Assembly (NCBI RefSeq): GCF_035560735.1
Contig: NZ_DATMYY010000291.1
Coordinates: 1 to 49,227, forward strand
Direction of reading: 5' to 3'
DNA from: Methanospirillum sp.
GTDB taxonomy: Archaea; Halobacteriota; Methanomicrobia; Methanomicrobiales; Methanospirillaceae
DNA: 49,227 nucleotides
The translations under genes were made by a program, and so were the position numbers. The notes under the pieces were generated by a model. That model was not told the DNA's origin. It saw nothing but the letters and a program-made list of their open reading frames with translations, and did no database searches. Positions 1-8,701 of the stretch are shown here, piece by piece. Each line of letters starts with the position of its first letter. Position 1 is the first letter of the stretch.

Positions 1-62
1 CTAATTACTAGAGGAAAATATAATGATACCGTACGCATCATCAGATTATTATCAGATAATTC

Positions 63-680
63 ATGCCCGATGATACAGATACCGGCCGGGTTGTAATCCG
101 AGCTTATAAAGGGAGAAGTCCAACCGGAATTAACGGTCTTGATCTTGCCCTTGAAGGTGGATTCATTCCAGGTAGTTCAATCCTTCTTATTGGATCTGCA
201 ACATCAGGAACTGACAGGTTTGCCAGACAGTTCTGGTCCATATCACCAGAAAAACGATCATTTTTCATGATAGATGGATACCTGGAAGAGGGAATGATCG
301 ATTCCAGAACTATGCGGTGCTCTGATATTTTTAAGGAAGAAGGAAAAGGGATAATCGTTGATTCTCTCTCTACATTGATCATAAGAGAGGGGATTGAGCC
401 GGTTCTTTCAGGAGTAGCCTCCTGTCGGCAGGGGATTTCAGATTCGCATGATCACGCTTTTTTTACCCTTTACCGGGGCCTTCATGATCTCTATAATGAG
501 ATACTTCTGATACGGCTCTGCGACGTAGTCATTGAACTACATGAGGAGATGCGGGGAAATGAGGTTATCAGGGCTCTTGAAGTGAAAAAAATTGCAGGGA
601 TGCAACCACCCGGCAGAGTACTGCCATTCATTGTAACCGAGAAGGGCATTGAACTCTCGACCACATCACGTGTAGTGTAA
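63..680 (+). CDS. RAD55/KaiC-like RecA-superfamily protein, single domain, degenerate Walker A
   Basis: PTGINGLDLALEGGFIPGSSILLIG start, IIVDSLS Walker B, LCDVVIEL and RALEVKK..PFIVTEKGI end are typical of KaiC/RAD55; the P-loop reads GSATSGTD (no Lys). Confidence 0.8.
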   Translation: MPDDTDTGRVVIRAYKGRSPTGINGLDLALEGGFIPGSSILLIGSATSGTDRFARQFWSISPEKRSFFMIDGYLEEGMIDSRTMRCSDIFKEEGKGIIVDSLSTLIIREGIEPVLSGVASCRQGISDSHDHAFFTLYRGLHDLYNEILLIRLCDVVIELHEEMRGNEVIRALEVKKIAGMQPPGRVLPFIVTEKGIELSTTSRVV

Positions 681-711
681 TCATCAACAAAAGAAGTGAC
701 ATCAACTGGTA

Positions 712-1068
712 TCAGAGCCAGTCAAACATTTTTTTCTGCCTTACAGGACCGGCCTTATCTTTCGCGCCTTTTTTTGGATCTTTTGGGGCAAATCTGGTGT
801 TGATATCAGCAAAATCGATAACACTCTCTTCCTCGATCATGCGTTCTTCTGCAAGGATGATACCTGAGTTATCAGTCCCGGAGGATTGGAATTCATTACT
901 TTCCGTCTGATTCATGGCAGGATCTGATTCAATACTTCCAAACTCCTCGCTCATCTCTTCATCGGAAGAGAAACCACGCTCTTCACGGGAGAGAAGAAAA
1001 TCAATGAAAGCCTCTGCTGCATTCTGAGCTGCCGGGTTCAGTCTTTCAAACTTCTCTTCAATACTCAT
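712..1068 (-). CDS. Small acidic hypothetical protein (DUF2281-like N-terminus, C-terminal PIP-box-like motif)
   Basis: 118-aa ORF at the end of the minus-strand run, 3 bp from the aldolase stop; N-term IEEKFERLNPAAQNAAEAFIDFLL; C-term QKKMFDWL. Confidence 0.65.
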   Translation of the reverse strand: MSIEEKFERLNPAAQNAAEAFIDFLLSREERGFSSDEEMSEEFGSIESDPAMNQTESNEFQSSGTDNSGIILAEERMIEEESVIDFADINTRFAPKDPKKGAKDKAGPVRQKKMFDWL

Positions 1069-1071
1069 GTT

Positions 1072-1626
1072 CTACCCCTGAAACGATCGTGTGAGCGAGA
1101 GAACACGGCATGCATGTTCTCCAAGAGAGGTGAAGAGGTAACCCTCTTCAATAGTCTTGCCTGCTGCAAATGTCCCATGCCCCCGGGCGATGCAGAGCGG
1201 TGAGAGTGCAAGACATTCGGCAATATCTTCAGCGAGTTCCTGTGTTCCCGGTTCGCCATGAGCAATTGGAATGATAGGACAGAACATCTTTCCTTCACTA
1301 TCAAGAGGAACCACCTCATCAAGCATGAGAGATGCAGCGACAGCATAAGGAGGATGAGCATGGACAATAGCATGGTGCCTAGTATTCTGGTATACTGCCC
1401 GGTGAACACGCCACTCACTGGATGCGGTTTTTGAAACTTCTCCAGACATTGGAGCGTAAACCAATTCTCCCGGATCATCCAGGTAAGAACCGGTTCTGGT
1501 TATTAAAAACCCATCATCTTCCGTTTTGACGCTCATATTACCGAAGTTTGCACCGACAAGATGCTCAACAACCAGCCGGTTGCCAAACCTCTTGAACTCA
1601 GCACTCACCTCTTCTCCTGATACCAT
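1072..1626 (-). CDS. Class II aldolase/adducin family (L-fuculose-1-phosphate aldolase-like)
   Basis: GNMSVK, FLITRTGS, ASSEWRVH, AIVHAHPPY and RGHG zinc/catalytic motifs. Confidence 0.9.
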   Translation of the reverse strand: MVSGEEVSAEFKRFGNRLVVEHLVGANFGNMSVKTEDDGFLITRTGSYLDDPGELVYAPMSGEVSKTASSEWRVHRAVYQNTRHHAIVHAHPPYAVAASLMLDEVVPLDSEGKMFCPIIPIAHGEPGTQELAEDIAECLALSPLCIARGHGTFAAGKTIEEGYLFTSLGEHACRVLSLTRSFQG

Positions 1627-1644
1627 AAATTTACCAGATGATAA

Positions 1645-2295
1645 TCAGACGAATCTGACCCCAACATCTTTCATATGATTACACTTGGCGATATTATTCA
1701 CCAGGGCAGTCAAACCCTCGATGACAGGCGACATCGTGAGCGGACCGGCATCATATGATTTGAGCAGGGAGATTCGATCAATCATATCCATAACAATGAG
1801 TTTGGACTCTGCATCGTCACCGCATACTGCAACTGAATATTCCAGTTCGCCATCGATGTCACGCCACCGGTTTCCTGCAATATTGTTGAATGCAACGCAG
1901 AGACGGGTTGATTCAGGAAGAATCTTCTTCAGGTGAAGAGCAGCAGATCCCTCTACAGGAGGAATATACTCAAAGAAATCGTGCTTTTCCATCGGATTGA
2001 TAGGACTTATCACGATCTTCCCTTCAAGACCATGGAGCCCGGCAATCGTTGAATCAAGATGCTTGTATGGGATAGCCAGAATGATTACATCCGCTCCATC
2101 CACAACCTCCTGGTTTGTAAGGCCTCTGACAGTGCAGGACAACCCGTTATCATCGGCATATCTCAAACAAGACTCGCAGGTATCCTGTGCCTTCTCAATT
2201 TCTCGCGAGCCTACCAGTACGTCATAGATCCGGGACAGGCGCATCGCCATTCCCTCGCCGATCTTACCTGTTCCCCCGACGATCCCTATCTTCAC
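1645..2295 (-). CDS. npdG: NADPH-dependent F420 reductase (F420H2:NADP+ oxidoreductase)
   Basis: MKIGIVGGTGKIGEG Rossmann start, VGSR, ISPINP, GSAA, AFNNI, DAGPL motifs. Confidence 0.9.
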   Translation of the reverse strand: MKIGIVGGTGKIGEGMAMRLSRIYDVLVGSREIEKAQDTCESCLRYADDNGLSCTVRGLTNQEVVDGADVIILAIPYKHLDSTIAGLHGLEGKIVISPINPMEKHDFFEYIPPVEGSAALHLKKILPESTRLCVAFNNIAGNRWRDIDGELEYSVAVCGDDAESKLIVMDMIDRISLLKSYDAGPLTMSPVIEGLTALVNNIAKCNHMKDVGVRFV

Positions 2296-2296
2296 G

Positions 2297-2569
2297 TTAC
2301 TCCACCAGTGGTTTCAGTATAGATGCCAGGGTCTCTGCATCAGTAACTCCCTGGATCTTCTGCACCAGGAGACCATCTTTTTCGATAATGATGGTAGGAA
2401 CAACAGATATCTGGTACTGCTGGGCCTCTGCCATGTGCTGATCAACGTCAAGTTTCTTGATCTCGACTTTGTCACCCATCATGCCTTTGAGTTCCTCAAT
2501 GATCGGGCCCATCCTCTTACACGGTCCGCACCACTCAGCGAAAAAGTCGATTAGGATCGGTTTTCCCAT
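2297..2569 (-). CDS. trxA: Thioredoxin
   Basis: DFFAEWCGPCK active site, cis-Pro VVPT. Confidence 0.95.
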   Translation of the reverse strand: MGKPILIDFFAEWCGPCKRMGPIIEELKGMMGDKVEIKKLDVDQHMAEAQQYQISVVPTIIIEKDGLLVQKIQGVTDAETLASILKPLVE

Positions 2570-2624
2570 AATGATAACCTAATCAGAAATTGCGTTAAAA
2601 AAACAGATAAAAGTATGGTATTGG

Positions 2625-4079
2625 TTATTTGGAGAGGATAGCCATGATTATATGGCCATACGCTGGTCTCGTAACCAGTACTCCAACGAGAACACCAAGG
2701 ATGGTGACAACGGCAAACCCACGCAGTGTTGAGAGATCCATAAGTGCGAGAGGAAGCATGGCGATAAATACCGTTGCTGCCGAGGCGATGATGATCCCAA
2801 GTGCCCGTTTCAACCGTTTGAGGTAGATGTTTGGTGAGGGAACTTTTCCCTCATGAAGAATCTCATCAGTCAGGATAACCAGCTGATCGATTCCGGTACC
2901 AAGCACTGCAATCAGCCCCGCAATGGTGGCAAGATCGAGCTGGAGGAAGAATGATGTGATAGCCAGCAGGATGATGACTTCTGAAGCATTAATCAGGACC
3001 ATCGGGAGCACGATGGCGGGCTCGTGATACCTGACCAGAATGCTGATTCCCACTGCAACCAGGGCAAAGATACCTGCAATCACACACCACATCTTGAATT
3101 GACCACCAAGTTCTGGAGATACCGAACCTGAACCTGCTATCTTGACTTCTACCGGGAGTGCACCGTTACGGAGGTGAATCTCAAGATTCTTTGCATCTTC
3201 TTTTCCTTTGTCACCTGCACCGGTTGAAGCAACCAGATTCGGGCTTGCACGGCTCTGGAGGGTTCCTGCAAGGTCTGGTGAGAGCGGAGCGCTGTATACC
3301 ATCTTACCGTCAAGCATCATAGCAAGGTTGTGGTTTGATGGATCCTTAACTGCACCATTCTTGATTGCAGCCTGTCTGAACTCCTCCGCTCCTTCAGGGC
3401 TGAGTGCGAACGAGACACCCCAATTATTACTGTTCGGCGGGTTCTGTGACGGGTTGGCAACACTCTCAATTGAGTCACCAAAGACAACATGCTCGGTCTC
3501 GTTTCCGGTTGTCACAACCCGAATCTCGAACTTACCCTGCTTACCAACGATCTCCTGTGCCTGACTCATTGAGACGCCGGCCATCTCTATCCTGATGTAT
3601 CTACTGACACCGTTCAGGCCGGTGATTACGTAGGTCTTGGCATCACGGGTTCCAAGGCTGTTGATCTTGTTCTCAAGAATACGCTTGATATCATCAGCAG
3701 TATCCTTGGATACACCCTGGCTATATGAAACGAGTTCAGTCTTATTTTCGCTGAAGATCTGACGCAGTTCGTCTTCAGACACCAGTTTACGTATTTCTAT
3801 TTTATCTGTGCCCACTAACGAGACATCAGCATTGAGCCTTTTGCCAAGATCAGAAACAAATTGATCCACCGGCTGACTGGTCTTGAATGTTACTACAGCA
3901 GACTGGAACTCGAGTTGAATCCAGGATCCTCCAGACAGATCCAGACCGAACTGAAGGTTTGTCTGAATGCCGTTTGGACCGGGATGAGGGAATATAACGA
4001 TGATAGAGGCTATTAAGAGTATGAGATAGATGGCTACCCGGTAGTCCTTAAGGGTGGTCTTGAGTTTCTCGGTATCCAT
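2625..4079 (-). CDS. secD: Protein translocase subunit SecD
   Basis: LQFGLDLSGGS, LRNGALPV, GTGIDQLVILTDE, LRGFAVVT, TRPAY; membrane helices. Confidence 0.95.
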   Translation of the reverse strand: MDTEKLKTTLKDYRVAIYLILLIASIIVIFPHPGPNGIQTNLQFGLDLSGGSWIQLEFQSAVVTFKTSQPVDQFVSDLGKRLNADVSLVGTDKIEIRKLVSEDELRQIFSENKTELVSYSQGVSKDTADDIKRILENKINSLGTRDAKTYVITGLNGVSRYIRIEMAGVSMSQAQEIVGKQGKFEIRVVTTGNETEHVVFGDSIESVANPSQNPPNSNNWGVSFALSPEGAEEFRQAAIKNGAVKDPSNHNLAMMLDGKMVYSAPLSPDLAGTLQSRASPNLVASTGAGDKGKEDAKNLEIHLRNGALPVEVKIAGSGSVSPELGGQFKMWCVIAGIFALVAVGISILVRYHEPAIVLPMVLINASEVIILLAITSFFLQLDLATIAGLIAVLGTGIDQLVILTDEILHEGKVPSPNIYLKRLKRALGIIIASAATVFIAMLPLALMDLSTLRGFAVVTILGVLVGVLVTRPAYGHIIMAILSK

Positions 4080-4961
4080 TTACATACCTCCACGGAGGGT
4101 TGAGGAGAGTTTACTTTTCCCCTTAGTGGCATACCATTTCAGGATACCGACATTGGTCAGCCATGTGTTCATTACATCGAAAATGAGACCAATCAGGAGA
4201 ACTTGAGACATCACATGGATAATCTCAATTCCACCGATCCATGAGACCACCCACATCGCAAAAACGGCACAAAACGCTGTGGAGGTCATGATGATACCGG
4301 TGATAAATGCCCCGTGGACTTTATCATCAAACTTACCCTGTCTTTTCAGCACCCTTGAGGTCAGCAGAATATCACTGTCCACAGAGTAACCAATCAGCAT
4401 CAGGAGTGCTGCAGTTGTTCCAAGGGACAGTTGTATCCCAAGGAGATTCATAACCGCAGCAGCCATGGTCATGTCAGCAAAAGCCGAAATGACCACAGCT
4501 GCGGATGGAACAAAGGTCCGGAAGATCAGAAAAACGACGATTGACATACCGATAAAGGAGATGATCAACGCAAAAGCCGCCTGATCCTGAAGGGTCTTTC
4601 CAAATGAGGAGCCAATCTGATCGATTTTGGCACCATTGTATTTACTCTCAATCAACTTATTCAGGGAGAGGACCTTATCGTCACTCATCGTATCAAACTT
4701 GAGATATTTCCCCTGGTTGATCCCTTCCTCAACGTTGAGGAGAGGATAGTCTGCAAACGTGGCTTTGAGTTGATCTACTGTATCATCGGTAACAATAGTC
4801 ACCCCGATACCTCCAGTAAACTCCATGCCGGGTTTAATCGGAAGCCCGGTGTGAATAAAAGTCATCCCCACGATAACCAGCGAAAGAGCAAGCACTATCA
4901 TTGGGAATGTGCAGAGTTTCGCAGGAGAGGTGGAGCTGATATCGTATTTGAAAAAACCCAT
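4080..4961 (-). CDS. secF: Protein translocase subunit SecF
   Basis: GMEFTGG, LMLIGYSVDSDILLT; abuts secD. Confidence 0.95.
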   Translation of the reverse strand: MGFFKYDISSTSPAKLCTFPMIVLALSLVIVGMTFIHTGLPIKPGMEFTGGIGVTIVTDDTVDQLKATFADYPLLNVEEGINQGKYLKFDTMSDDKVLSLNKLIESKYNGAKIDQIGSSFGKTLQDQAAFALIISFIGMSIVVFLIFRTFVPSAAVVISAFADMTMAAAVMNLLGIQLSLGTTAALLMLIGYSVDSDILLTSRVLKRQGKFDDKVHGAFITGIIMTSTAFCAVFAMWVVSWIGGIEIIHVMSQVLLIGLIFDVMNTWLTNVGILKWYATKGKSKLSSTLRGGM

Positions 4962-5063
4962 ACATTACTGAGTTAGATTCACATGGAGATTAAACCATTA
5001 GCCTTCTGCGCGGAGAGGAGCAGTTTAATCATTAGAAATACAGGAGAAGAAACCATTTAGCCG

Positions 5064-5483
5064 ATGTTCCAGATACCTCGGATTATGACTTATCAGGATG
5101 AGCGCCATGATATTGTTGAGGAGCGCCTTAGGTCCTGGCTCGCCGGGGATGATGAGGGAATCCGGCATGCAATGCTCAGGATCTTTCTAAACCACAATGA
5201 CCTCTCGATCCAGGAGATCTACGAAAAATTATCTCTCTCATTCAGGACAAGTTTTCATTCAGTGTCAGGTATGATCGGGATTGTATCATCAAGGATAGGG
5301 ATACTGGCAGGAACACGTAGTGACCGTGACCGGTGCCGCATCTACCGTCTGCGTGAGAAACACACCCCGATTGTGCGCCGGATTATCTCATCCCACCACC
5401 GCAGACCAGAGCAGACACCTTCTTCAGATCCTCATCAGAAGCATTTTTTCCCTCACCGTCTGACCTGTCTGGAAGATGTCTGA
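5064..5483 (+). CDS. DUF2551-family methanogen HTH-like protein
   Basis: RLRSWLAGDDEGIRHAMLRIFL...SVSGMIGIVSSRIGIL resembles DUF2551; start uncertain (5064 or 5085). Confidence 0.65.
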   Translation: MFQIPRIMTYQDERHDIVEERLRSWLAGDDEGIRHAMLRIFLNHNDLSIQEIYEKLSLSFRTSFHSVSGMIGIVSSRIGILAGTRSDRDRCRIYRLREKHTPIVRRIISSHHRRPEQTPSSDPHQKHFFPHRLTCLEDV

Positions 5484-5769
5484 TCTCTATGCCGGAACCC
5501 CAGTGGATGCCGGAGCACAATCTGTCTTCATCGATGATGATGTAATCGCCTATATCAATAAGCGAAATACCAATTTCCGAATCTCAACTTCCTGTGGTGG
5601 TCCCGTTCTCCTTCCTGTCTCATACAAACCTGCTAAGCCCACTGATATCACGCTTAAAGCAGGAGACCACCTCATTTACATCTCAATGTATCAGGCACGG
5701 TACATTGATCATATTCACATGGATATGATCCCTTATCACATCGAATCGATGATCGAAGGTTCAACCTGA
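5476..5769 (+). CDS. Small hypothetical protein with SCGG motif
   Basis: 97-aa ORF overlapping the upstream gene and ending 2 bp before archease; FRISTSCGGPVLLP. Confidence 0.65.
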   Translation: MSDLYAGTPVDAGAQSVFIDDDVIAYINKRNTNFRISTSCGGPVLLPVSYKPAKPTDITLKAGDHLIYISMYQARYIDHIHMDMIPYHIESMIEGST

Positions 5770-5771
5770 TT

Positions 5772-6179
5772 ATGCCCTATGAAGAGCGTGAGCATACCGC
5801 AGATATCCTGATGCACGTTTGGGCACAGGATATACCAACGCTCTTTGAAGAATGTGGGCACGCACTTATGGCTGTTATGTACCAGGGATCTGCCCGCCCT
5901 GGCTGCCCTTATTCTTTTACTGTTACCGGTACCGATCATGAGCAAATCCTCCAGGCTTTTCTCTCTGAACTTCTCTGTCTTACCGAGATTGAGAATGTAG
6001 TCTTCTCTGAGATCACTGTGAGTCTTAACGAGGGAGGCCTGACTGCCAGGCTTTCAGGAGAGCCGTTTGATCGAAAGATTCATGGAGGTGGGAGTGAAGT
6101 GAAAGGAATATCATTTTCAGGCCTGTCTATCAGCAGACAGAACGATGAGTACGTACTGGATATATTGTTCGATGTGTGA
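5772..6179 (+). CDS. Archease
   Basis: YEEREHTAD N-terminus, EVKGIS, LFDV C-terminus; directly upstream of rtcB. Confidence 0.9.
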   Translation: MPYEEREHTADILMHVWAQDIPTLFEECGHALMAVMYQGSARPGCPYSFTVTGTDHEQILQAFLSELLCLTEIENVVFSEITVSLNEGGLTARLSGEPFDRKIHGGGSEVKGISFSGLSISRQNDEYVLDILFDV

Positions 6180-7621
6180 GTCCTTCAATGATTAATGGTG
6201 TGAAGCGGACCGGTGATCTCGAGTGGGAGGTTCCGATAGGATTTGTAGAAGGAATGAGAGTGCCTGGCAAGTTTTTCCTCTCTGAAAACCTGACAGGGAC
6301 ACTTGAGGAAGGAGCGGTTACACAACTTGCCAATGTCGCAACCATGCCGGGCATTATCAGGCATTCACTTGCAATGCCTGATATTCATTGGGGGTATGGA
6401 TTTCCCATTGGAGGAGTTGCAGCATTTGATTACGAAACCGGCGTGATCTCACCAGGAGGTGTCGGGTTTGACATCAATTGTGGAGTCAGGCTGCTGACTA
6501 CTCCGCTCACAATCAGCGATATCACGAAGAAAAAGGAGATCCTGGATCAACTCTACGACGCAGTGCCCGTCGGGGTTGGAGCACGGTCCTCACTTCGGCT
6601 CTCTCCAAAACAGCTCGATGAAATGATGATCCATGGATCATCATGGGCAGTTGAGGAAGGGTATGGAACCGAACAGGATGTTACCCACTGCGAAGAAGGT
6701 GGAAGTATGAAGGGGGCAGACCCCTCTCATGTCTCACAAAAAGCACGGTCACGGGGGGTACCGCAGAGTGGAACCCTTGGGGCAGGTAATCATTTTCTTG
6801 AGATTCAGGTGGCATCCGAGATCTGCGATCCTGAAGCAGCAAAAGTATTCGGAGTCGAAGAAGGACAGATCTGTATTATGGTTCACTGTGGATCACGAGG
6901 TCTTGGCCACCAGGTCTGCACAGACCATCTGCAGATACTGGAAAGGGCAGTAGATAGGTATCATATCAGCCTGCCTGACAGGCAACTCGCGTGTGCCCCC
7001 CTGACATCACCAGAAGGGAGAGCATATTTTGGAGGAATGGCTGCATCTGCAAACTATGCCTGGGCAAACAGACAGGTGATAACCCACCAGATCCGCAATG
7101 TCCTCATAAAATGCTGTGGGATTGGGTACGATGACATCAGGCTAGTCTATGACGTGGCCCACAATGTTGCCAAGATGGAGGAGCATGTTGTCGATGGGAA
7201 ACTGACAAAGGTGTGCGTTCACCGCAAAGGTGCAACCAGGGCATTTGGCCCGGGATGCCCGGATGTCCCCCATGACTACTCAAAGATAGGTCAGCCAGTC
7301 ATCATTCCAGGAAGCATGGGTTCCTCATCATACCTCCTGAAAGGAACAGATGAGGCAATGATGCGAACCTTTGGTTCCACCTGTCACGGAGCCGGTCGAA
7401 TCCTCTCACGCTCCCAGGCAAAGAAGACGATCAAAGGTAGTCAGGTAAGGGAAACCCTTGGTCGTGAAGGGATCATGGTGAAGGCTCCTCATGATGGAGC
7501 CATAGCAGAGGAAGCACCAGGGGCATACAAATCCAGTAGCGAGGTAGTCTCGGTTGTTGACAGGCTCGGGATCTCCCGGCTTGTTGTACGGTTCGAACCA
7601 CTCGGAGTCATCAAGGGATAA
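6176..7621 (+). CDS. rtcB: tRNA-splicing/RNA ligase RtcB
   Basis: MPDIHWGYGFPIGGV, GFDINCG, GNHFLE, HCGSRG, HNVAK, HRKGAT, HGAGR, EEAPGAYK. Confidence 0.97.
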   Translation: MSPSMINGVKRTGDLEWEVPIGFVEGMRVPGKFFLSENLTGTLEEGAVTQLANVATMPGIIRHSLAMPDIHWGYGFPIGGVAAFDYETGVISPGGVGFDINCGVRLLTTPLTISDITKKKEILDQLYDAVPVGVGARSSLRLSPKQLDEMMIHGSSWAVEEGYGTEQDVTHCEEGGSMKGADPSHVSQKARSRGVPQSGTLGAGNHFLEIQVASEICDPEAAKVFGVEEGQICIMVHCGSRGLGHQVCTDHLQILERAVDRYHISLPDRQLACAPLTSPEGRAYFGGMAASANYAWANRQVITHQIRNVLIKCCGIGYDDIRLVYDVAHNVAKMEEHVVDGKLTKVCVHRKGATRAFGPGCPDVPHDYSKIGQPVIIPGSMGSSSYLLKGTDEAMMRTFGSTCHGAGRILSRSQAKKTIKGSQVRETLGREGIMVKAPHDGAIAEEAPGAYKSSSEVVSVVDRLGISRLVVRFEPLGVIKG

Positions 7622-7623
7622 CC

Positions 7624-8244
7624 ATGACAGGAAGGGTTGGGATCATATGGGACAGTCCGACCATGTTTACCCATCTCATAGAAGATTGCGGCTTTACTGC
7701 CGAGCTGGTCACCCCCCATCTGCTTGCAGCACCCTTTTTCCGAAGATCATTCTCTTCAGTAATTATTCCCGGAGGGTTCGCCAACCCCGCATACTCTTCA
7801 GTCATTCCTGCATTACGGGCATGCGAAGGCAGGATACGCCGGTTTATCCAGGGAGGAGGAACACTCATAGCATTTGGCGCAGGAATCAATCGCCCGGATG
7901 TATATAATTGGCTTCCATTGACTATCCAATACAGATTCGGGTTCTCTGAAGGGAAACCTGAAGACAAGGATGATCATCCCCTCGGCTGTATCATCGAGGA
8001 TTATCCGGAGACAATATCCATTGATGGAGAATTTCAGATCCCGGACACAGAAACCGACGCTGACATTCAGGGCTATGAGCCTGACAAACAAGGGCCGGCG
8101 GTCAGGATGAGAATGCGGGGGGCTCCGGTTTTGGTTGAATACTCGCTCGGCGCAGGCAGGATCATCCTGACGAGCCTCCATGAATACCCTTCCCGGAGAT
8201 TTCTGCGCGATTTTTGCCGGACCGAGGGCGAAACCTTATTGTAG
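7624..8244 (+). CDS. Hypothetical protein, class I glutamine amidotransferase-like fold
   Basis: VIIPGGF..., IRRFIQGGGTLIAFGAG, GAGRIILTSLHEY; 2 bp after rtcB. Confidence 0.6.
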   Translation: MTGRVGIIWDSPTMFTHLIEDCGFTAELVTPHLLAAPFFRRSFSSVIIPGGFANPAYSSVIPALRACEGRIRRFIQGGGTLIAFGAGINRPDVYNWLPLTIQYRFGFSEGKPEDKDDHPLGCIIEDYPETISIDGEFQIPDTETDADIQGYEPDKQGPAVRMRMRGAPVLVEYSLGAGRIILTSLHEYPSRRFLRDFCRTEGETLL

Positions 8245-8274
8245 CTGCATGCGAGGGAAATATGAGGGATATCG

Positions 8275-8697
8275 ATGGACCACTATACCATATCGGCTGA
8301 TGCAACAGCCGAAGATCTCATCCCCATCTGTATGACAATCCACGAGATTGTTGGCAGACTCCCGGTGACTGCAAAGGCACGAAACACTCCTGGTGTCAGA
8401 ATTGAGGAGGGAAACGTCGTGGATCGTGCATACCTGGGGCCTGTACTGGATGAGGTTCTCTCCTCAAACAAGGTCATAAAAAAGACCCCGAAAACCGGAC
8501 CATACAAAGGGGTCCCGGTCATCGTTGCCCCGGTCCGGGATGCATCAGGAGATTCCATTGCAGCTATCGGTCTTGTCGATATCACTGGCATTTTTGACCT
8601 TGCCACACTCATGGAACATCAGACCATGATCCTGAAACAAGTCTGCGGAAAAGATCCTTGTCCGCTTCCATCTGAACAGATCAACGCCAAACGGTGA
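8275..8697 (+). CDS. DUF2111-family methanogen protein
   Basis: LPVTAK, GVRIEEG.VVD, GPVLDEV, GPYKGVPVIVAP, IAAIGLVD. Confidence 0.75.
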   Translation: MDHYTISADATAEDLIPICMTIHEIVGRLPVTAKARNTPGVRIEEGNVVDRAYLGPVLDEVLSSNKVIKKTPKTGPYKGVPVIVAPVRDASGDSIAAIGLVDITGIFDLATLMEHQTMILKQVCGKDPCPLPSEQINAKR

Positions 8698-8701
8698 ACG
8701 T

